This document shows, piece after piece, positions 26,995 through 33,462 of a DNA stretch of 33,462 bases. Origin of the DNA: a virus. Its lineage: Duplodnaviria > Caudoviricetes. Made by a program: the position numbers and the translations under genes. Each line of letters starts with the position of its first letter. Positions within the stretch are counted from its first letter, which is position 1. The notes beneath the pieces are model-generated. The model had not been told where the DNA came from, did no database searches, and was given only the letters and a program-made list of their open reading frames with translations. Where the stretch lies: positions 1-33,462 of IMG/VR virus record IMGVR_UViG_3300046115_000156; one strand, given 5' to 3'.

Positions 26995-27067
26995 GGGGTT
27001 GTAGCTCAATTGGTAGAGCGCCGGCGTTGCATACCGGATGTTGAGGGTTCGAGTCCCTTCCTCTCCA
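26995..27067 (+). tRNA. tRNA-Ala(TGC)
   Basis: G3:U70 pair; loop GTTGCAT; two acceptor mismatches. Confidence 0.85.
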
Positions 27068-27291
27068 CGGACGCTAACTGCAGCAGTTTCACACCTTTTG
27101 CGGTTGGGAATTACAGCTGTGGCACCGTAGCTGGTCCAACACGGTGCAACGCGGCGGCAGGAAACCTTGTAGATCGATCCTGCGATGTCACACCCTGCCG
27201 CCGCACCCGTAGCGCGCGTAGATTGTCAGTGACTAGGAACAGACACTGGCACGGCTACCGAACAGGGGTCAGGACCCTGGCGCGCTTCCTT

Positions 27292-27364
27292 GGGGTTGTA
27301 GCTCAATTGGCAGAGCATCTGGCTGGCAGTCAGAAGGCTAAGGGTTCAAGTCCCTTCTACTCCA
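27292..27364 (+). tRNA. tRNA-Ala(GGC)
   Basis: G3:U70; TCTGG-CTGGCAG-TCAGA. Confidence 0.9.
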
Positions 27365-27445
27365 CGTGGATCCGGGTGTGCCCCGGAATAAGAGGGAACT
27401 CAAAGACGGGAGCGGGGGTGCCTGCTTCTACTCCACAGCCCTCTT

Positions 27446-27517
27446 TCCCCTGTAGCTCAAAGGATGAGCAGTCGCCTACGGAGCGATGGTATGCAGGTTC
27501 GAATCCTGTCAGGGGGA
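27446..27517 (+). tRNA. tRNA-Arg(ACG)
   Basis: GTCGC-CTACGGA-GCGAT; canonical D and T arms. Confidence 0.9.
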
Positions 27518-27613
27518 CTCTCTGTTCCTTGACCCGGAACGAGAAATCCGGTGGCAGTTTATCCACACACCAGGCTGATGCCTGCCACCGGACTAAAAGC
27601 TTTGGGAGCAAAC

Positions 27614-27718
27614 ATGGACTGGGGATCGTTCATTTGGGGCGTCATGGCCACCCTCGTGCTTGGTGGCGTAGTGGCATTACTCGTCGGCGCAGCGGGAAGC
27701 AGTGGCTGGTTCGAATAA
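27614..27718 (+). CDS. Small membrane peptide, 34 aa
   Basis: GGGAG RBS; MDWGSFIWGVMATLVLGGVVALLVGAAGSSGWFE. Confidence 0.55.
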   Translation: MDWGSFIWGVMATLVLGGVVALLVGAAGSSGWFE

Positions 27719-27754
27719 AAGCTTTGCAGCCTAATCCACCCCGGCTGCAGTGGC

Positions 27755-27835
27755 GGGTGTGATGCATCTGGTGATGCGCCCTGACTGTAAATCAGGTGCC
27801 TGGCGGCATGGCAGGTTCGATCCCTGCCACACCCA
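27755..27835 (+). tRNA. tRNA-Tyr(GTA)
   Basis: CCTGA-CTGTAAA-TCAGG, long variable arm, GGGTGTG/CACACCC acceptor. Confidence 0.85.
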
Positions 27836-27841
27836 CGCAAT

Positions 27842-27913
27842 GCCCTCGTAGCTCAGAGGAAGAGCAGTGTCCTTTTAAGACACGGGTCGGGATTTCGAAA
27901 TTCCCCGGGGGTA
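27842..27913 (+). tRNA. tRNA-Lys(TTT)
   Basis: GTGTC-CTTTTAA-GACAC; cloverleaf intact. Confidence 0.9.
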
Positions 27914-27987
27914 CGAGTGGCTACGCAACGTACACGTGCCATTGGGGCGCGGACACCTGGCGGTGACAGCCGCGTAGCCACGAAAAT

Positions 27988-28061
27988 GTCCTTGTAGCTC
28001 AGCGGATTAGAGCGCCGTCTTCCGGAGGCGGATGTCGCAGGTTCGAATCCTGCCAAGGATA
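27988..28061 (+). tRNA. tRNA-Arg(CCG)
   Basis: CCGTC-TTCCGGA-GGCGG; canonical. Confidence 0.92.
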
Positions 28062-28079
28062 CGCGGGAAGGGAGGACGC

Positions 28080-28592
28080 ATGTCGCTGGACAGAACAATC
28101 CCGTGCCTGGTGTGCGGCAAGAGACGGCGGCGTTTCGTCAACGGCTGCTGCGAACGCTGCAACGCCCTGGTCCAAGCCGAAGGTACATATGACCAGTTGG
28201 GTGTGTCGAAGCTGACAGCGTCGCAGCAGCGGCAGCGGAAGATGGCAGCTGAATACAATCGGCTGATCGGTTTGCGAATGTCACAGAAACAGATCGCGCA
28301 ACTGTGGGGCATGACAGATAGGCAAGTGTCATCGCACGCATATCGGTGGCGCAAGTCGGGGCTCAAGGTGACCCACGGCTGGGGCAACCAGATCGAAATG
28401 GGGGACAAGCCGAAAGTAGTAGCCAAGACGCAGCGAAAAGTTGCTCAACATGGCGTTGGCTGGGGTGTCACCGGCTGCACCTGTGAATTGTGCAAAGTAA
28501 GCAGCAGGACGCTGCGGGCGCAATCCAACGTCCGTTACCGCAAGCGACGTAAACTGAAGCGTCAAGCAGCCAAGCTGCTGGCTGCCGAATGA
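28080..28592 (+). CDS. Basic zinc-binding HTH protein, 170 aa
   Basis: GGAGG RBS; CLVC..CCERC, HTH MSQKQIAQLWGMTDRQVSSHAYRWRK, C-terminal HG...GCTCELC. Confidence 0.75.
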   Translation: MSLDRTIPCLVCGKRRRRFVNGCCERCNALVQAEGTYDQLGVSKLTASQQRQRKMAAEYNRLIGLRMSQKQIAQLWGMTDRQVSSHAYRWRKSGLKVTHGWGNQIEMGDKPKVVAKTQRKVAQHGVGWGVTGCTCELCKVSSRTLRAQSNVRYRKRRKLKRQAAKLLAAE

Positions 28593-28598
28593 AGAAAA

Positions 28599-28623
28599 GC
28601 CTTCGTAGCTCAGAGGAAGAGCA
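28599..28623 (+). pseudogene. Orphan 5' half of a tRNA-Lys
   Basis: GCCTTCGTAGCTCAGAGGAAGAGCA, 24/25 identical to 27842-27866, with no anticodon or T arm following. Confidence 0.75.
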
Positions 28624-28641
28624 ACGCAATAGACTTAGTTC

Positions 28642-29001
28642 ATGTTGGACATGCGCATGTACATGGCACAGCGGCACCAGGCGCAACGAGCCAGGGCGAT
28701 CGAATTCCTAGGCGGATCCTGCGTCGATTGCAAGTCAACAGAGAAACTGGAATTTGATCACAGGGACCCCGCCACCAAGCAGTTCACCATAAGCGCGAAA
28801 TTCACACGTGGATGGGCTCGTCTTGTTGACGAACTACTCAAATGCGAACTGCGATGCCAAGCGTGTCATCGCATTCGAAGTGCGGCACAAAAGTCTGTAC
28901 CCCACGGTGGCGGGGTGAGTGGCAAAAAAAATTGCAGATGCGACCTGTGCGCACCTCTCAAGCGGGCATATGCAAGAGCAGCCCGCGCTAGGCCCTCGTA
29001 G
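28642..29001 (+). CDS. HNH endonuclease (start uncertain, 28642-28657)
   Basis: CVDC.....LEFDHRDP..K...ELLKCELRCQACH; stop codon lies inside the next tRNA. Confidence 0.85.
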   Translation: MLDMRMYMAQRHQAQRARAIEFLGGSCVDCKSTEKLEFDHRDPATKQFTISAKFTRGWARLVDELLKCELRCQACHRIRSAAQKSVPHGGGVSGKKNCRCDLCAPLKRAYARAARARPS

Positions 29002-29063
29002 CTCAGTGGTAGAGCTTCTTCCTCTTAAGTTGAAGGCCGAAGGTTCGATTCCTTCCGGGGGTA
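28992..29063 (+). tRNA. tRNA-Lys(CTT)
   Basis: Loop CTCTTAA; anticodon stem TCTTC/GTTGA has two T:T mismatches. Confidence 0.75.
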
Positions 29064-29125
29064 CGCAGGTGGTGGCTGTTGCAGCTTTCACAGGGGGTCT
29101 GTCTAGCTCCAGCCGCCACCTTATT

Positions 29126-29196
29126 GCCGGATTTGCAAAGTGGCATTGCCTCTCCTTTGTAATGAGATGTCGGGAGTTCGATTCTTCCATCCGGCT
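29126..29196 (+). tRNA. tRNA-Thr(TGT)
   Basis: GCCGGAT/ATCCGGC acceptor; loop TTTGTAA. Confidence 0.85.
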
Positions 29197-29205
29197 CAGT
29201 ATCAA

Positions 29206-29278
29206 GGGTTCCAAGCTCACCAGGTAGAGCGTCCGGTTGAAGCCCGGAAGGTTGCAGGTTCGAATCCTGTGGTTCCCA
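29206..29278 (+). tRNA. tRNA-Phe(GAA)
   Basis: TCCGG-TTGAAGC-CCGGA; two T:T acceptor mismatches. Confidence 0.8.
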
Positions 29279-29360
29279 CGGAGATGGATGTCGTAGCCTG
29301 ACTTCCGCCGATATCATTCGCCCGGCATCCATCTTCACTAAGCGGCAGAGGAGAGGGAAG

Positions 29361-29606
29361 TTGATCAAAGGATATTACGGTCCAGCCACCGAAGATCTGG
29401 TGGAGCAGCTGAGGACCACGCTGGTGCTCGCCGACATACAGAACGAGATAGCCGAGGCGGTGATCAACGGGCTGAAGGCTCTCGGCTACGAGATCACGAT
29501 CGAAGTCGAAGTCCACGGCGACATGGCCAAAGCTTTGGAGTCGCTGAACGACGGCAGCGCGGCTGCTGGTGCGGTTCGTGTGGAACTTCCGAAGCGCAAG
29601 AAGTAG
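29361..29606 (+). CDS. Hypothetical protein, 81 aa
   Basis: Purine-rich RBS, TTG start, fills the gap between tRNAs. Confidence 0.65.
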   Translation: MIKGYYGPATEDLVEQLRTTLVLADIQNEIAEAVINGLKALGYEITIEVEVHGDMAKALESLNDGSAAAGAVRVELPKRKK

Positions 29607-29612
29607 CAGCAA

Positions 29613-29685
29613 GCCCCTTTAGCTCAACTGGCAGAGCAGCGGTGTTACATACCGTAGGTTGGGAGTTCGATTCTCTCAGGGGGTA
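29613..29685 (+). tRNA. tRNA-Val(TAC)
   Basis: GCGGT-GTTACAT-ACCGT; canonical arms. Confidence 0.9.
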
Positions 29686-29856
29686 CTGTGTCGGCCGTCA
29701 GATGCTCCCAACGTGAAGCCCAAAGGCAGGGCTGATGTCGACCGGCACTTCAAAACTTCATCTCGGGTGGGATGAGGGGGATACAGGGTGGTCCGCTGGT
29801 TGTGCGGATTATTGCGGCAGCAGGCCACGTGCTGTCCCTGGCAACGTGTGGCGCAG

Positions 29857-29931
29857 GGGCGTTTGGAGCTGACGGCAAAGCTCACCTCATTCTCAGTGAG
29901 GAGACCACCGGTTCGAGCCCGGTAACGCCCA
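29857..29931 (+). tRNA. tRNA-Glu(CTC)
   Basis: GGGCGTT/AACGCCC; CCTCA-TTCTCAG-TGAGG. Confidence 0.9.
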
Positions 29932-30029
29932 CGCCCAGGCCACTACCTAGGTACGGTGGTACAGCCGCTAGACGCCAATACTTGCCTGGAGATGGCTACC
30001 AGGTGTAGCACCCTGCCGTCTAGCGTCAA

Positions 30030-30104
30030 GGACCCTTGGAGCTGTTGGAAAAGCTCACCTGATTTTCACTCAGGAGAACGCCGGTTCGAGTCCGGCAGGG
30101 TCTA
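30030..30104 (+). tRNA. tRNA-Glu(TTC)
   Basis: CCTGA-TTTTCAC-TCAGG; canonical T arm. Confidence 0.9.
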
Positions 30105-30288
30105 CGTTGCTGTAGAAGGCGACTGGTAGCCAAAGGAGAAAGGGCATTCGAGGCTGTCGAGACACACTAAGCAGCCCTGGGGCATCGGCAGGGGAGCTGG
30201 ATTGGGATGTCCGCTAAGACCCCCCGTGGGAAAGCGCTGATCCTGCCGGTGCCCGTTCCCTCGTGACACCCAAAGAAAGGGCGCAACA

Positions 30289-30477
30289 GTGACCACAGCC
30301 GTTGACAAGGCCGCCGCAGAGATGGGCTACGCAGCTGCAGCATGGGAGGAAATCGTCAACATGCCCTTCGACGACATGGACATCGACAACCTCCCAGATC
30401 CACTGCGCAGAGTCCTCACCAGGCAACGTACCGACGCCGAGCCCGCGGTGACAAAGTTCAACTCCTTCGCCCAATAG
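30289..30477 (+). CDS. FxSxx-COOH-like peptide, 62 aa
   Basis: GAAAGGG RBS; ...MPFDDMDIDNLPDPLRRVL...PAVTKFNSFAQ. Confidence 0.6.
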   Translation: MTTAVDKAAAEMGYAAAAWEEIVNMPFDDMDIDNLPDPLRRVLTRQRTDAEPAVTKFNSFAQ

Positions 30478-30488
30478 TCGTAAGGAAG

Positions 30489-30560
30489 CCCCGTCGAGCA
30501 CGACGGTAGTGCACCGCTCTGATAAAGCGGCGGTACCAGGTTCAATTCCTGGGGCGGGGA
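30489..30560 (+). tRNA. tRNA-Ile(GAT)
   Basis: CCGCT-CTGATAA-AGCGG; T-arm CCAGG-TTCAATT-CCTGG. Confidence 0.88.
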
Positions 30561-30561
30561 C

Positions 30562-30741
30562 GTGAATGTAGCAATCCTGGAACAGGATCAACCGAAGATG
30601 GACTGGAACGGTCCCGGCTACAAATGGAACTGCGTGCCGTGCGGCACACGTGGCACCAGCTGGCTGTCCAAACCGGAAGCCACCAAGGCCGCGGAGCAGC
30701 ATGCCAAGATGAAGCATGGCGCTGTGCCTAATTGGATATAG
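30562..30741 (+). CDS. C2H2-type zinc-finger microprotein A, 59 aa
   Basis: MNVAILEQDQPKMDWNGPGYKWNCVPCGTRGTSWLSKPEATKAAEQHAKMKHGAVPNWI. Confidence 0.65.
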   Translation: MNVAILEQDQPKMDWNGPGYKWNCVPCGTRGTSWLSKPEATKAAEQHAKMKHGAVPNWI

Positions 30742-30902
30742 AGGAACGGGATGTGTCCTGCTGCGACTGGGGGACACCCCGGTTCCGCTGGCTGTGCCGG
30801 TGGTGTCGGCGCAAAGGGCATTGGAATGTGTCGGAAGATGATGCAGCCGGGTTGGGACGTGGGCATCTGAACCGTAGCCACTGGTATTTGTTGGATGATT
30901 AG
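30732..30902 (+). CDS. C2H2-type zinc-finger microprotein B (start TTG 30732 or GTG 30753)
   Basis: DIEERDVSCCDWGTPRFRWLCRWCRRKGHWNVSEDDAAGLGRGHLNRSHWYLLDD aligns without gaps to protein A. Confidence 0.6.
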   Translation: MDIEERDVSCCDWGTPRFRWLCRWCRRKGHWNVSEDDAAGLGRGHLNRSHWYLLDD

Positions 30903-30976
30903 CCGCTGTGGCCCAATTGGATGGGAACCCGCCTTCTAAGCGGGATTTTATGCAGGTTCGAATCCTGTCAGCGGCA
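30902..30976 (+). tRNA. tRNA-Arg(TCT)
   Basis: GCCGCTG/CAGCGGC; CCCGC-CTTCTAA-GCGGG. Confidence 0.9.
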
Positions 30977-31161
30977 CGGCGTTGGATCCTCACAGCGAGT
31001 CCCCACATAATGGCTCGCGACCTAGGGGTAGCTCGTGAGGACGCCCTGCACTGTGCTCCCGAGGTGCAGTATCTAATGCCGGCACCGGTGCCAGTTCCAA
31101 CCTGGCGCCGCTTACGGTAGCCTCCGAATGGTCGTATCCAAGGAGGTATCGGGAGACTCAA

Positions 31162-31236
31162 CCTTGCGTAGCCTAACTGGAGTAAGGTCCCAGGTTGTCA
31201 ACTTGGTGGATGCCGGTTCGAGTCCGGTCGCAGGGA
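31162..31236 (+). tRNA. tRNA-Asp(GTC)
   Basis: CCAGG-TTGTCAA-CTTGG; canonical T arm. Confidence 0.88.
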
Positions 31237-31239
31237 CAT

Positions 31240-31315
31240 GCGTTATTGGTGCAGGGGCCTAGCACACCACCTTGCCAAGGTGGGGACACCAGTTCGAATC
31301 TGGTATAACGTTCCA
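31240..31315 (+). tRNA. tRNA-Gly(GCC), CCA encoded
   Basis: CCACC-TTGCCAA-GGTGG; U73 then CCA. Confidence 0.92.
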
Positions 31316-31316
31316 A

Positions 31317-31388
31317 GCCCGGCTGGTGTAATCGGCAACACCCCACTCCTCCAAAGTGGCACTGCGGGTTCGACCCCCGCGCCGGGTT
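31317..31388 (+). tRNA. tRNA-Gly(TCC), C33 variant
   Basis: CCACT-CCTCCAA-AGTGG; U73; 4-nt variable loop. Confidence 0.8.
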
Positions 31389-31563
31389 CGAGGGGCAAGG
31401 CTGCTGTGGTGCGTGGCGCGCGACTTCCCGCCGGAGTGGCGCGCGTTAGGGAGATCCCACGCCAATCGAGATTGCGATCATGAATCACAGCCTTGCCCCG
31501 CTTTATGTCACACCCCCCGGATACGTTGGACACCTCTGAAGATCCCGCAGCGGAGAGGTGCCC

Positions 31564-32577
31564 ATGAAACAGAACCCCATCAACCATGTAACCCTGGTGC
31601 TCGACGCGTCACCGTCGATGGAGAAACAGGTCGACACGGTGATCGCGGTGGCCGACAACCAGATCAAGTTCCTCGCGGAACGGTCCAAGCAGCTGGAAAT
31701 GGAGACGCGGGTCACCGTGTACATGTTCTCCAGCCCCTACGGCGGCAGTGACGGTTTCGAATGCCTGTGCTACGACATGGATGTGCTGCGGCTACCGTCG
31801 CTGCAAGGCGAGTACAAGTTGCTCAACGGCTGGACGGCCCTGATCGACGCCACAATCCGGTCACAGAACGAACTGAAGCAGACAGCGACGCTGTACGGCA
31901 AGCACGCGTTCTTGACGTTCATCCTCACCGACGGCATCGAAAACCGCAGCAAGCACAAGCCGGCCGACCTGAGGAAGCTGATCGAGGAGCAGGGCGACAG
32001 CGAAACCATGGGCATCCTGGTCCCCGACGTCAACGCGAAACTGTCCTGCCAGGACATGGGTTTCCCGAAGGCCAACGTCGCCATCTGGGATGCCACCAGC
32101 ACCGCGGGCCTGGAAGAGGCTGGCGAGGTGATCCGGCAGGCCACCGACGTGTATATGACCAACCTGTCACGTGGTGTCACCAACAAGGGCGTGTTCGACA
32201 TGTCGCCAACTGTGGTGAACCACAAGACAGTCGCTGCGCTGAAGGAGATCGTTTCCGGTATCGAGATCCTGCCGGTGAAAGCGGCGATGGACATCACCAC
32301 GTTCATCACCAAGCAGCACGGCCGCACATTCCGGCAGGGCAAGTACTATTTTCCGCTGGTCAAACGGGAAAAGGTTGGGCCGCAGAAGAACGTGGTGGTA
32401 CGTCACAAGATCTCCGGCAAGGTGTTCGGCGGCCCTGAGGTCCGGACCTTGTTGGGGTTGCCGGATCACGAGGTGTCGATCAAGCCGGGTATCAACGCGG
32501 AATATGACGTGTTTGTGCAGTCGACTTCGACGAACCGTAACCTGATCCCCGGCCACGATCTGCTGGTGATTGAGTAA
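31564..32577 (+). CDS. von Willebrand factor A domain protein, 337 aa
   Basis: GGAGAGG RBS; MIDAS LVLDASPSM, TALIDA, ILTDGIENRS. Confidence 0.88.
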   Translation: MKQNPINHVTLVLDASPSMEKQVDTVIAVADNQIKFLAERSKQLEMETRVTVYMFSSPYGGSDGFECLCYDMDVLRLPSLQGEYKLLNGWTALIDATIRSQNELKQTATLYGKHAFLTFILTDGIENRSKHKPADLRKLIEEQGDSETMGILVPDVNAKLSCQDMGFPKANVAIWDATSTAGLEEAGEVIRQATDVYMTNLSRGVTNKGVFDMSPTVVNHKTVAALKEIVSGIEILPVKAAMDITTFITKQHGRTFRQGKYYFPLVKREKVGPQKNVVVRHKISGKVFGGPEVRTLLGLPDHEVSIKPGINAEYDVFVQSTSTNRNLIPGHDLLVIE

Positions 32578-32686
32578 CAAAGCTTCCCCGGTGGCGCTTG
32601 CAGCTGTTGACTGATGCAGTCATCGCGGAACGGGGGATCTCTTGTCTACAGCTCGGGATCCCCATCATGCGTAAAGGAGGAAAGCA

Positions 32687-32860
32687 ATGTCCACTTGTCC
32701 AGACTTCGATCTTTGCATTGAAATAGTCACTGACCCCAACGACAGCAACACAATTCTCATCAGGGAGTCGGAATACCCTGAAACGGTAGTCCGGACTTCA
32801 AGGAAGAATTGGCTCGCGTTTTTGGACCGTGTCAAGGCTGGCGACTTCGGCAACGTGTAA
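32687..32860 (+). CDS. DUF397-like protein, 57 aa
   Basis: AAGGAGG RBS; CIEIV....ILIRESEYP......RKNWLAFLDRVKAGDF fits the DUF397 pattern CVEVA..VRDSK.P..W.AF...VKAGEF. Confidence 0.8.
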   Translation: MSTCPDFDLCIEIVTDPNDSNTILIRESEYPETVVRTSRKNWLAFLDRVKAGDFGNV

Positions 32861-32920
32861 TTTCGGCTTGGCGTTGGCCGTTCGATTCGGCCGTAACCTA
32901 GGAGGTTCAGCGCCTTACAT

Positions 32921-32993
32921 GCCCCCGTTGCCCAGTTGGCGAGGCGCCAGATTTAGGTTCTGGTTTTTGCAGGTTCGAATCCTGTCGGGGGTA
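32921..32993 (+). tRNA. tRNA-Leu(TAG), short variable loop
   Basis: CCAGA-TTTAGGT-TCTGG; A73. Confidence 0.85.
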
Positions 32994-33081
32994 CGCGTTC
33001 GGATGCTTGCGCCAGACGTGGCGTGGAGACCGGGCTAGCCACCATTGCGCATGACCGCTGGCCAGCGGCGGTGGTGGCGAA

Positions 33082-33157
33082 GCCCTTATGGCCCAATTTT
33101 GGTAGAGGCGCCGTCTTCAAGTGGCGGAGGTTGCCGGTTCGAATCCGGCTGGGGGCA
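33082..33157 (+). tRNA. tRNA-Leu(CAA), short variable loop
   Basis: CCGTC-TTCAAGT-GGCGG; A73. Confidence 0.85.
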
Positions 33158-33158
33158 C

Positions 33159-33407
33159 GTGGCTATTGATAGGAAGTACGGCCGTGTCACGTTAGAGCGT
33201 GGCACCATCGGCGAGGATGAGCCGGTTGTGGTTTTCCGGGCGCAGGATCGGCTACTGCCAGGGGTTTTGGCGCTGTACCGGCAGCTGTGCGAGGGGGAAG
33301 GCTCCCCGCCGCGGCATCTGGAGTTGATCGATGGCACGATAGATGCAGTACTGGCGTGGCAGGCAGCCAACCCTACGAAGATCCCTTCGAGTGATGCTCT
33401 GCAGTAG
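33159..33407 (+). CDS. Hypothetical phage protein (DEPVxxFRAQD type), 82 aa
   Basis: GTG right after tRNA-Leu; MAIDRKYG...IGEDEPVVVFRAQDRL. Confidence 0.7.
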   Translation: MAIDRKYGRVTLERGTIGEDEPVVVFRAQDRLLPGVLALYRQLCEGEGSPPRHLELIDGTIDAVLAWQAANPTKIPSSDALQ

Positions 33408-33416
33408 CAACAGGTT

Positions 33417-33462
33417 GTGCTTGTAGCTCAGCTGGTTAGTAGCAGCCGACTCATAATCGGCC
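33417..33462 (+). tRNA. tRNA with CAT anticodon (Met or Ile2), truncated by window end
   Basis: GCCGA-CTCATAA-TCGGC after a D-arm. Confidence 0.75.

Noticed and set aside
27354-27436. 12-bp repeat of the tRNA-Ala 3' end (CTTCTACTCCAC) as an att site
   Set aside because: Copies are only about 70 nt apart and there is no integrase in the window.
27010-27762. 250-aa ORF and other ORFs crossing tRNA genes
   Set aside because: Overlap several well-formed tRNAs and give no protein-like sequence.
29068-29120. Selenocysteine or suppressor tRNA (TTCA inside the hairpin)
   Set aside because: Too short, with no D or T arm.
31317-31388. tRNA-Trp(CCA) reading
   Set aside because: Stem register places TCC at 34-36; acceptor, U73 and short variable loop fit Gly.

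Overview
High-GC tailed-phage (actinobacteriophage-like siphovirus) segment with two divergent arms. 1-21181 (minus strand) is a virion morphogenesis operon: terminase, portal, MuF-like protein, protease, a large and a small capsid protein, major tail, head-tail connectors, chaperones, tape measure and minor tail proteins. A lone plus-strand XRE gene sits inside it. 21218-33462 (plus strand) is an accessory arm. It holds a DUF4417-like gene followed by three paralogues that all begin MGGRGG, and a Ro60/TROVE (Rsr) gene. Downstream are four related Y-RNA-like stem elements, three circularly permuted tRNA-like domains (two inside those stems, both keeping an anticodon-like loop) and a helical protein gene. 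These are followed by 20 complete tRNA genes, one atypical and one truncated tRNA, an HNH gene inserted at a tRNA-Lys, a vWA protein and several microproteins, most absent from the ORF track (tandem C2H2-type zinc fingers, FxSxx-COOH-like peptide, DUF397-like protein). No integrase or CRISPR array is visible. Family names come from motif recognition by eye, not from database searches.
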